This document shows, piece by piece, positions 10,701 to 18,692 of a stretch of DNA of 64,000 nucleotides (its first letter is position 1; the number at the start of each line of letters is the position of its first letter). Both the position numbers and the translations under genes were made by a program. Below the pieces are notes generated by a model. It did no database searches, had not been told where the DNA came from, and was given only the letters and a program-made list of their open reading frames with translations. The DNA comes from an uncultured Candidatus Binatia bacterium (GTDB taxonomy: Bacteria; Desulfobacterota; Binatia; Bin18): contig OZ243961.1 in NCBI GenBank assembly GCA_965214605.1, positions 1,984,001 to 2,048,000 of the forward strand, in the 5' to 3' direction.

Positions 10701-12944
10701 GATCGGGGCCTGCCAGCGATCACGGTCGCTCTGGCAAGGCTCGGAATCCCGGAGTTGACACAGATGTCCGCAGCCCGGGGCGTCAAACATCACGGCACGG
10801 AGACCGCGGCCCTTGCGCAGGCAGTTGCCGACCGGGCGCAAAACCACGCCGACGGTCTTCCTGACGGCTTCGGCGGTCACGTCAGGAACCGCGTTCAGAG
10901 TCTGATCGACGATTGGGTAAGGCTCGCCCATGAAGCGGCACAGGGCGGCGTGGCGTTCGGCTACGCGCGGGGCACTGGCACTTCGACTCCCTTGTTGCGG
11001 GAGATGATCGACCCGGATCGCGAGCGGCTGACCGACACCCAGCTTCGGTTCCGGGCGCCCCGTTCGCTGCGTGACGTAGAGCCGGGGGTGCTGCTCGGCA
11101 TTAAGACTCCTGAAGGACGGGACATCCGTAGGTTCCAGATGGCCGACAATATCCTCCGCCAAAGCCAGCTGATCACGACTTATGGCCCCGGAGCCATGAT
11201 CGATCTTCCCGAGTACTCGGTCATCGTCTCCGGGCTGCGGGACTGGTCCCACTTGCGGCGCGAAAAAATCGACGAGCCGCGCCTCGTCGCCAAGCTGCGG
11301 CGGTTGTTGGGCGTGCCCTCACTCGACCTCCGGACGCCGCAGCGTCACGAAGAGAACGCCCGGCAGGCCGCCGTGGGTGCACGCATCTTCCCGACCTGGT
11401 TCATCGTCAAGGACGCGAGGCCCTCGCCCCGCAATGCGCAGTGGCGGCGGCGCCGGCTGGTGCGACGGGATTATCTCGACGAGCTCCAGTTCCGGGATGA
11501 AGATGGCAGGCGCAAGCCGGTCGTGCCGGTGCGCTTCGTCTGCGGCTGCCGGCGCGGCCATATCGACGATCTGGACTGGCGCCGGTTCGTCCATCAAAGC
11601 GGCAGGACGTGCGAGCGTCCGCTCTGGCTCGAGGAACGCGGGACCGGTGCTGACATCAGCGACACCTTCGGCGTGTGCGACTGCGGTGAGGAACGCTCGC
11701 TCTACGAAGCGTCGAGTCCCGGAACCGGCGCCCTCGGTCACTGCGAGGGTAAGAGGCCTTGGATTGGGCAGTTCGCACGGGAAACCTGCGGCGAACCCTA
11801 TCGGTTGCTTGTGCGTACGGCGAGCAACGCGTACTTCCCTCAGACGATGAGTGTCATCTCCTTGCCTGAGTTCGATGCCGGATTGGCCGCGAAGGTCTCC
11901 ACGCACTATGACCGCCTGAAGGCGGCTGATGATCTGGGCATGCTCGCGAACTTCCGGATGATGCCGGAACTCGACGCCGCGTTTCACGACGTCGGCGATG
12001 AAACCGTGCTCGCCGAATACCGACGGCAGAAGGGCGGTGGCGAGCGAGAAGACGTTCCGGTCAAGACCGCGGAGTTCGAGATTCTCGACAAAGGCGACGA
12101 CTTTATCGGGGAGAATGACGCTCACTCTAAGTTCTACGCTCAAACGCTACCGCGTAACGATTGGGATCCCAACCGGCATACTCTCCTTGCCACCGTCGAC
12201 AAGCTGGTACTGGTGTATCGCCTGCGGGAAGTCGTCTCGCTTTTGGGATTCACAAGGTTTGAGGCAATCAGCCCGGACAAGGACGGGGAACTCGACCTCG
12301 ACGTTATCAGGGCCTCGCTCGCCGAAACGATCACCTGGTTGCCAGCGGTCGAGAATCAGGGCGAAGGCATCTTCCTGTCGTTCAAAACCGAAAAAATAAA
12401 GAGATGGCTAGCACGCCCCGGCGTCCAGGCACGTGGAAAGGTGCTCCTGGAAGGCTGGCAAACGTGGGCCGTAGAGCGCCACCGTCCTAAGGACGGGTTT
12501 CCCGGTCTACCCTATGTAATGCTGCATTCGCTCTCGCACCTGCTGATGACCTCAATCGCGCTCGACTGCGGCTACCCGGCCAGCTCTTTGCGCGAACGCG
12601 TCTATGCGGGCGACGGAGGCTACGGCATATTGATCTATACCGGATCGTCCGACTCTGAAGGGACACTGGGCGGATTAGTCGAGACGGGGCGACGTCTTGC
12701 CGTGTATTTTCAGCGTGCTCTTCACAGCGGCCGCTTGTGCTCTAACGACCCGGTGTGCGCGGAACATGCGCCCGACTCCCAGCTTGAGGGCCGCCTGTTG
12801 CAAGGAGCCGCCTGTCACGGCTGCCTTCTCATTGCCGAGACAAGTTGCGAACAGCGCAACGATTTTCTCGACCGGGCGCTTGTTGTTCCGACGGTCGGTC
12901 TCGGGGATGCCTCCTTCTTCGATCTTTCCGAGCACGGATCGTAA
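7758..12944 (+). CDS. drmA-drmB: In-frame fusion of DISARM helicase DrmA (aa 1-1127) and DUF1998 protein DrmB (from ATG 11139)
   Basis: DrmA part: FPTGGGKT, QDELH, STAT, ATNMISVGLD, QATSRVGR. DrmB part: LRQSQLITTYGPGAMIDLP start and DUF1998 Zn motif CSNDPVC...GAACHGC...SCE. No stop codon between them. Confidence 0.9.
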   Translation: MTLTSTPTFNDSACVRDYLVEALRFDLIGPRPGDNVLGHEYLPHAPSRWYLTGFLAPTGAPGAQRAQDAEEELDEPSEPTQGSDDASTPERGSGKRAFLPSSMGLSVLTDASAKRLDIALSWGDYAPEEEPARNAANQGDEPGDDAAPARRRFAPWVRHPRAETIYIDLEAIQAGTPVRVDVPDSGGLEIVCLVRQTWVREVEGNLDARAVSLFVVNRRPAPEDDDLQDTAFAFQVEMSLTADRPFVPRHDPRGLESDDWDERLADLHYRDAAEYAVGHNVSTWAGTSDGACRRVHTEWMPRAAVERVKPSEIPDVEFGMEALGTLEDAADAKRSLNPLVRAYRDWIEDQHEKAQAFSGGRREVADELVSRATRAADRIQAGIDLLDDPDLLGAFRIANRAMAEAARRRRAQEECIPPEAVNPPEWRPFQLAYILMNLRGIAEPTHVEREIVDLLFFPTGGGKTEAYLGLAAFTLVLRRLRDPDPVHRGLSVLMRYTLRLLTLDQLGRAAALICALELEREAAPGELGTWPFEIALWVGRAATPNHMGQKGDRSNDTARAKTLRFARDTSRDPPLPLDRCPWCGTKFGKRSFRLDPDTDNPKNLSVCCANRRCDFAGKRHLPIVAVDEPIYERLPAFMIATADKFAAMPWSGETAGFFRGGDATDPRPPDLIIQDELHLISGPLGTMAGLYETAVNHLCQRQIDGKEVRPKIIASTATVRLAQKQIRALFGRSSVAVFPAPGIERRDSFFAEQAPQQEVHPRIYLGIAAQGRGPKVIFLRSTITLMAAAQAAWNAVTGGGVNPADPYMTVVAYFNALRELGSARRIVEDEIGSRLLTYAGRKRLDDAAGLFADRRIAFEPVELTSRVGTANVADAKRRLSLDFTDKERVDVALATNMISVGLDITRLGLMLVSGQPKTTAEYIQATSRVGRDPARPGLIVTLLNVHKPRDRSHYERFSAWHDSFYRGVEATSVTPFSPRALDRGLPAITVALARLGIPELTQMSAARGVKHHGTETAALAQAVADRAQNHADGLPDGFGGHVRNRVQSLIDDWVRLAHEAAQGGVAFGYARGTGTSTPLLREMIDPDRERLTDTQLRFRAPRSLRDVEPGVLLGIKTPEGRDIRRFQMADNILRQSQLITTYGPGAMIDLPEYSVIVSGLRDWSHLRREKIDEPRLVAKLRRLLGVPSLDLRTPQRHEENARQAAVGARIFPTWFIVKDARPSPRNAQWRRRRLVRRDYLDELQFRDEDGRRKPVVPVRFVCGCRRGHIDDLDWRRFVHQSGRTCERPLWLEERGTGADISDTFGVCDCGEERSLYEASSPGTGALGHCEGKRPWIGQFARETCGEPYRLLVRTASNAYFPQTMSVISLPEFDAGLAAKVSTHYDRLKAADDLGMLANFRMMPELDAAFHDVGDETVLAEYRRQKGGGEREDVPVKTAEFEILDKGDDFIGENDAHSKFYAQTLPRNDWDPNRHTLLATVDKLVLVYRLREVVSLLGFTRFEAISPDKDGELDLDVIRASLAETITWLPAVENQGEGIFLSFKTEKIKRWLARPGVQARGKVLLEGWQTWAVERHRPKDGFPGLPYVMLHSLSHLLMTSIALDCGYPASSLRERVYAGDGGYGILIYTGSSDSEGTLGGLVETGRRLAVYFQRALHSGRLCSNDPVCAEHAPDSQLEGRLLQGAACHGCLLIAETSCEQRNDFLDRALVVPTVGLGDASFFDLSEHGS

Positions 12945-13597
12945 TGAAATTCGATGCCTTGGTGGCGGCCGACCGGCAGGACCTCATCCGCCTGGCTGGC
13001 CTGCTGGAAGCCGGCCTTCTGTCACCGCCCTTCAGTGCGCTGTCGCTGTGCGACCACATTGCCGCCGCACACGCCGACGCGGTGGCGCGGTGCTTCGGAG
13101 AACTCTCGCAACGGGACATGCCTCCCAGCCACATCGCGCTCCTGCTTCGCGCCTTCGCCGCCGGCGCACAAGCGGCCGGCGGTTCCTCATTGCCCGTCGA
13201 AGTTGTAGTCAGCGGGCCGGATGCGGCCGGCGGCGCACGCGATACCGGCGTGGTAATGCGGCAACTGTTCGGCAAGGCGCGCGAGCGAGTGTTGGCCGTT
13301 GGTTTCGCGAGCGAATTCGTTCGCAACGAGCGGCCCGGTAAGCGCTTGCCACGCGTCTACTACGACCCCCAGTCGCTGGAACCCGCAGGCCGCACGGCCA
13401 GTTCGATGCATGCCAAGTGCGTGATCATCGACGGTCGGGAGGCACTCGTGACCTCGGCGAACTTCACGGAAGCCGCACAACAACGAAACATCGAACTCGG
13501 TCTTCTGGAAGATTCGCATGGCATCGCGGGTCGAATCGAGAAGCATTTCATATCTCTAACTCAGAACGGCTTTCTTAATCGGATCCCGCTTCCCTGA
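12944..13597 (+). CDS. drmC: DISARM phospholipase D nuclease DrmC, probably internally deleted (217 aa)
   Basis: HAKCVIID (HxKxxxxD), SANFT, NIELG; TAATG coupling to drmB; abrupt VGFA|SEFVRNE join. Confidence 0.85.
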   Translation: MKFDALVAADRQDLIRLAGLLEAGLLSPPFSALSLCDHIAAAHADAVARCFGELSQRDMPPSHIALLLRAFAAGAQAAGGSSLPVEVVVSGPDAAGGARDTGVVMRQLFGKARERVLAVGFASEFVRNERPGKRLPRVYYDPQSLEPAGRTASSMHAKCVIIDGREALVTSANFTEAAQQRNIELGLLEDSHGIAGRIEKHFISLTQNGFLNRIPLP

Positions 13598-13728
13598 TCC
13601 GAATTCCACAGTGCCCAAAATGCCGAGGTACCACATCATGTGAGATGAAAATTGCTCATCCAGTGCTATCTTCACAGAGGAGCATTTCTCGCCGCTCTGT
13701 CGGACTGCCGAGGACGCCCCTTCGTTCA

Positions 13729-13803
13729 TCAGAATGGAGGAGCCACTAACGAGTCACACCAGTGGATGCGCCCGTTCCACAGCCAGAAATGGGAGCCGCA
13801 GTC
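13729..13803 (-). pseudogene. DUF6527-like C-terminal remnant
   Basis: A minus-strand frame missing from the ORF track reads DCGSHFWLWNGRIHWCDSLVAPPF*, matching the CxSHFW...G.I.W terminus. Confidence 0.6.
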
Positions 13804-13804
13804 C

Positions 13805-14416
13805 CTTCATGGTCGAATTCAAAACGCAGATGACGTTGCGCTTTTCCATGCGGGCGTCATCCACGATGAGGAGCTCACCAACACACAGACGCTGTAGCTG
13901 TTCGATAACGAGACTGCCCGTCTCCGAAGCGCCAACGAAGGCGACCGACAAGCGCCGCATCCGTTCGATAGTGCTCTCGCCGAACATCTGCGCATCCGAC
14001 GCGACAAAGCGGGGCGACCCCGCACCGCCCGAATCGGCATACCAAAAGTCAAGGTTATCGCCCGCGACTGCAATACAGTCTATGGGTTCCGACGCCTTGC
14101 CGGACCTCAGCACTCGACCGAACATCACCCCGTCGGGAAGCATTACCGCGCTTCCGTGCGCAATGTCCGCTTCCACCCACCCGCGGATCATCAGCAATAG
14201 GCGAGCATCGCCCTCATTGTCGGTCGCTGAGAACGCCGCGCCGCTCGAAGGATGACTGTGCACTTTGACCACCGACAGTCCTTCCTCGGCCACGCGGTCG
14301 AGCATTGGGGTGACATACTCCGGCGACCACGTAACCTGGGTGGCCGTGCGTTCGGAGCAGCGATCGTAAGGTATGCCTTGAATCTCCCGCACGGTTAGGC
14401 GCTCGCGCCTGTCACC
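13805..14416 (-). pseudogene. Truncated JAB/MPN peptidase-ThiF/E1 fusion of a prokaryotic ubiquitin-like system
   Basis: KVHSHP...FSATD JAB motif, then SVAFVGASETGSLVIEQLQRL.VGELLIVDD (degenerate E1 GxGxxG motif). Both ends are truncated. Confidence 0.75.
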
Positions 14417-14971
14417 CTGCTGCGGGATAGTGCTGCGGCTATGGTGTCGAAGTCGCGCGGGCTGCGCGCCTCGAAGAAGGGCGACCAGCGGGGTCTCCGG
14501 GCATTGAGCGGGTTGAGCAGCGCGTCGCGGCCGGGATCGTGGAACGCGCGGAGGTAGCTCCCCATCTTGTCGTAGACGACGCAGCGCTCCCCGCTCGCGG
14601 ATCTGGGCGACGAGGGCCGAGAGCAGCACGGTCTTGCCCAACCCCGTGGTGGATGGTGTGCTAGGTCACGGCGCGCTCCGGGTAGGGGACGCCCGCGATC
14701 CGGTAGGGAGCGCGTTTGGGCGTGGCCGAGACGAGGTCACGCGGCGGCGGTGGAGCGGCCGGATGCGGCGGGCGAGGTCGCGCGTCATGGCGAGCTCCGC
14801 GCTCCTGATGTGGCGCCCGGCCTGAAGCTGCTGCCCCCGCACCCAGAACAGGGCTAGGAACAGCCCGGTCGCGAGCGTGGCGAGCTTCAGCCCCGCCGCC
14901 ACGCCGAAGTTGTGAACGAGATATGTCCGGGCGGGGCCCTGAAAGGCTTTGATCGTCTGCATGAGTGTCAT
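14417..14971 (-). pseudogene. traD: Frameshifted fragment of a type IV coupling protein (TraD/TrwB family)
   Basis: TM segment, then PYRIAGVPYP, GKTVLLSALVAQIRERG, VVYDKMGSY, LLNPL...WSPFFEARSPRDFD..AAA.IPQQ spread across frames. Confidence 0.75.
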
Positions 14972-15236
14972 CTGCGTCGTGCCAATAGTCGGGATCGGCG
15001 ACAACGCCTCTGTTTCGAGTGCCGCCCGGCTCCCGGCCAGACTCCGGCTCCCGGCGGCGCGGGACGTATCGGCTGGGGCAAGGCCGCAGTGGTGTCCACT
15101 GGCAGCGCGCAGAGGACCATTTGCCGTACAGGGCACCCGGGCGATGTCCGCCCCCCGATCACCGCGATCCGGGCGAAGACCCGCAGTCCGGAAGTCGGTG
15201 GTGATCGGCCCCGCCGGATTCGTGTGCTCGAAAGGC

Positions 15237-15254
15237 TATAGCGGATGCGCTATA
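15237..15254. promoter_or_regulatory. Palindromic operator upstream of the TA pair
   Basis: TATAGCG-GATG-CGCTATA perfect 7-bp inverted repeat 8 nt before the toxin ATG. Confidence 0.45.
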
Positions 15255-15262
15255 TATCGGGA

Positions 15263-15567
15263 ATGGATTGGACGGCCGCAACCGTGTCGGCCGTTGCCGC
15301 CGCAATGGCGGCTTTGCCCGTGGCGTTGCGCGCCCGGCGGCTGGAGATGGTGGAGCATGGCGAGCGGGAGGCTCTTCGTGCACCCCATGTCAGGCTTCTC
15401 GACGGGAAGCTCTGGGAGCTTCGGGGGCGGGCCGAGGGCGGCATCGCGCGAGGGATCAACGTGACGGCGGGTGGGGGTGGTGCATGTCTTCGCCGAAGCA
15501 GTCGCGCAAGAGGCCGCGTCGGGCGGTCGCGACCGCCTGGGAGCGGCTGCGAAAGGGGATGCCCTGA
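15263..15567 (+). pseudogene. Decayed RelE/ParE (Gp49-like) toxin
   Basis: PHVRLLDGKLWELRGRAEGGIARGI, then VVHVF and KQSRKRPRRAV in shifted frames. Confidence 0.7.
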
Positions 15568-15728
15568 CGAAGCGGAAGGACCTGAAGAGGCGCTTCATGG
15601 CGGCCCCCAAGTTCCGGGAGGAGTACGCGCGCGGCGACGGGGAGTATGCGCGGATCGAGGCGCTGGTGCCCCGTACGGCGGCGAAGCTGACGCAGGCGGC
15701 TGCCCGTGGGTTTGGGGCCGACGGCTGA
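15564..15728 (+). pseudogene. Decayed HTH (HigA-like) antitoxin
   Basis: DLKRRFMAAPKFREEY...IEALV.R.AAKLTQ; start codon lost and gene truncated. Confidence 0.6.
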
Positions 15729-16206
15729 GGCCGGCGACAGGCCGGCAGCGGGCGCGGGCGAACGATTTCCAGCGCCGACGGGGTTTCGCACGGCTACGCC
15801 TGGGTTGGAACGAATCCGCTTTCAGAATGATTACGAAGTTTTCAGATGATATCGTATTCTATTGAAATAGAATAATAATCTTCACATCATGGCATTCCAG
15901 GCTGGCACCCGGTCAAACAGCCCCATGGTTTCCTGGGTAAAATCCCTCTTGATCGGCACCCCAGATATCAACCAACAGAACAATCGTCTCACGATACGTT
16001 TGTTCGCTCCCCTCCAACGACTGACGCTTTCCGGTGGGCTTGTTAACATCAGACACGATGGCGTTCCAGTTCCACTGGCCGGCCACCGATCTTGGTCCAG
16101 TAAGAAATTGAGCTCTGTTTCTTACTTATTGCCGCGGGCAGGTAAGAAATGTTACGAAGTTATTAGTCGGAGCGGCGAGCCGTCTTTAACGACAGACAAC
16201 GAAGGC

Positions 16207-17346
16207 ATGGAAAACCGGGACTTTTCGCGGGGATTCTTACCCACCCCTGATCCGATGGTTCGCTTACCCGAGCCGTTCGGAGAGTGGGAAGAGGTCGCCG
16301 ACAATCTCTCCAAGCTGGCCTTAAGCACGGTCCTGCGTCCAACGCTTGAGCACCTACCGACCTTCCCCGTCACCGAGCTCCACACCCAGCGAGCGTGTGA
16401 ACGCGCCATGAGCATGCTCTCGTTCATGGCCAATCTCTATGTGTTTGCGCCCGACCAGCCAATTGCCACCCGCCTGCCCAAACCATTGGCCGTTGCCTGG
16501 TATCAAGTCAGCACCAGGCTGGGCCGTCCGCCTATGCTGACCTATGCCTCGCAGACGCTGCATAATTGGCACCGCCTCGATCCGCATGGGCCGATCGCAG
16601 TTGGCAATTTGGCCATGATCCAAAATTTTCTAGGTGGAATGGATGAGGAATGGTTTGTCACACTCCATGTGAATATTGAAGCAGCCGCCGGGCGAGGCCT
16701 CTCAGCCCTGTTCCCCGCCCAAGAGGCCGTGTTGAGACAGGATACCCAGGGCTTAGCCGGATACCTGATCGAGCTTGCTGCAAGCCTCCAGACCATGTAC
16801 ACCCTGCTGCAGCGGATGCCGGAGCGCTGTCATCCGGACACCTACTATCATCGTGTGCGGCCGTATATGTTCGGCTGGAAAAACAACCCAGACCTCCCCC
16901 ATGGCATGCGCTACGATGGGGTTGTTGCCTACAAAGACCAACCCCAACAATTTCGCGGCGAAACTGGTGCCCAGAGCAGCGTGCTCTACGCCTTTGATGC
17001 GGCCCTTGGCATCCAGCACGAATTTGACACTATGCGGGCGTACCTGCTGGAAATCCGTGACTACATGCCGGTTCAGGACCGGGTCTATATTGGGCAGCTT
17101 GAACGCGGTCCAGCCATCCGAGACTACGTCCGGCAACACAGATTCAGCGCACCCTCATTGCGGGAAGCGTATAACGAGAGTGTCCGCGCCCTGGCCCATT
17201 TTCGCCAGCTTCACCTCGACTATGCCGCCAGGTATATTCTCCAACCGGGCCTAGCCAAGAAAACGGCTGCGGTCGGGACCGGGGGCACCCCTTTTACGAT
17301 CTCCCTGCAAAAGCATCACGACCAGACACTGGCCCATCTAGTGTGA
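16207..17346 (+). CDS. Indoleamine 2,3-dioxygenase family heme protein
   Basis: RGFLP..DP, LGRPPMLTYA, GETGAQSS, FRQLH (proximal His), GTGGTPF. Confidence 0.9.
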   Translation: MENRDFSRGFLPTPDPMVRLPEPFGEWEEVADNLSKLALSTVLRPTLEHLPTFPVTELHTQRACERAMSMLSFMANLYVFAPDQPIATRLPKPLAVAWYQVSTRLGRPPMLTYASQTLHNWHRLDPHGPIAVGNLAMIQNFLGGMDEEWFVTLHVNIEAAAGRGLSALFPAQEAVLRQDTQGLAGYLIELAASLQTMYTLLQRMPERCHPDTYYHRVRPYMFGWKNNPDLPHGMRYDGVVAYKDQPQQFRGETGAQSSVLYAFDAALGIQHEFDTMRAYLLEIRDYMPVQDRVYIGQLERGPAIRDYVRQHRFSAPSLREAYNESVRALAHFRQLHLDYAARYILQPGLAKKTAAVGTGGTPFTISLQKHHDQTLAHLV

Positions 17347-17409
17347 AGGCCAGGTAGACGCCAAATCTCTTTCTTGTCCCACCCGGGGCGTGCTATGGGG
17401 AAGGGAGAG

Positions 17410-18070
17410 CTGCATGTTTAGACAGACTAGGAGACCTATGGCTGCAGCATCTCGCCGTTTTCCGCATGCTAGAGCAATTGATGCCAACGGCTTCTCTTGA
17501 TGGGGGCGAAAAGTATGTGGAGCTGCAGCATCGAGGCCAGACGCTCCGGGTCGGCGAAGATCGGGACAGATCCAGGATCCGGACGTTCCGGTCGGTATTC
17601 ACCCCGGCGGCGAGCCATCGAAGCGGGTTCACCGGCACCTCCGCGATAGGCGGCGGTGGGACTTGCGACACTTCAGTGCGTCTGGCGGGCAGAACCCCTC
17701 GCGGGCGTTTACCGTCTTGTTCGAGCACGGACTGTTCGATCAGTTCGCTGGGGTCAAGGTCGTCGTGCTGAAGTCAGGAGCCGGCCGGGCAGGCTATCTG
17801 CCGCTCAAGCGCGCGGTGTCTGACTGCCCTTTGGGCGAATCGATGCGGCTCAAGGAGAAGCCGAGTTGGTATCCTTAATCGTCGGTGCCGGCTGTCGCCG
17901 AACGAAAAAGCCTTTGTCTGCGCGGTCGATTTTCTCGGGACGGGCAAATTTTTCTGGCCGTCGGATTTTCCCTCTCTGGACCATCCGGGCAATCATATGA
18001 AAGAATACAAGGAACTGGTCGAGCCCACGCCGGACTCGCCTTGCCAAAAGGTCAATTGGTGGAGGCGCCG
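17410..18070 (+). pseudogene. Decayed amidohydrolase_2 family gene
   Basis: Fragments GLFDQFAGVKVVVLKSGAG, LKEKPSWY and KFFWPSDFPSLDHPG with frameshifts and stops. Confidence 0.55.
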
Positions 18071-18147
18071 CCAAGGTGTACGGCCAAATAAAGGACGAAA
18101 AGCTGTGTTCGACCGTATCTTTCACGTCAACAAAGGAGGGCAGATAT

Positions 18148-18675
18148 ATGGCACGTGTTCCATATGTTGAAAAAGACACCGCCAGTGACGAAACCAAGGA
18201 GTTGTACGCCTCGTTCGAGCAACAGTTTGGCATCCCCCAGGTCCCCAATGTCGTCAAGGCACTATCTAACAGTCCCAAGCTAGCCAGGCGTGTCTTTCCG
18301 TTAGCCAATTACTTCATGAATGAGTCGACCCTAGACCCTCGGCTGCGTGAGCTGGCGGTGCTGACGCTGATGGATCGGCTGGACTGTAAGTATGGATTTG
18401 TCCGACATATCGATATCGCCGAACGAACGGGGATTTCGCGAGAGCAGATCGACAGTATCGGCTCATATCAAACCAGCGACCTGTTCAGCGACGATGACAA
18501 GCTTATTATTCGCTACGCCGAAGAGCTGACCCAGAAGGGAAAGATCGATGATGCACTGTTTCAGCAGGTCCAAGACCGCATCGGCCAGAACAACATCTTG
18601 GATTTAACCGCCGCGACCGCCTTCTGGAACATGATGGCGCGCAACCTGAACGCACTGCAGGTCGATCTGGAATAA
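18148..18675 (+). CDS. Carboxymuconolactone decarboxylase/AhpD family protein
   Basis: MARVPYV, LDPRLRELAVL...CKYGFVRH; AGGAGG RBS. Confidence 0.85.
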   Translation: MARVPYVEKDTASDETKELYASFEQQFGIPQVPNVVKALSNSPKLARRVFPLANYFMNESTLDPRLRELAVLTLMDRLDCKYGFVRHIDIAERTGISREQIDSIGSYQTSDLFSDDDKLIIRYAEELTQKGKIDDALFQQVQDRIGQNNILDLTAATAFWNMMARNLNALQVDLE

Positions 18676-18692
18676 ACCAGTCGGGAAGGATA

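Noticed and set aside
3274-12143. Long antisense ORFs (347, 455, 339, 274 aa) opposite the DISARM genes
   Set aside because: Shadow frames typical of high-GC coding DNA; no motifs.
13754-14641. 295-aa ORF as a genuine novel protein
   Set aside because: It is a mosaic of TraD, off-frame sequence and JAB-E1 remnants.
16151-16163. loxP-like half site (ACGAAGTTAT)
   Set aside because: Only a 10-bp match and no opposing arm.
15889-16206. N-terminal extension of the IDO ORF (and similar extensions at 23239, 35154, 41675, 52891)
   Set aside because: Family similarity and, in most cases, an RBS point to downstream starts.
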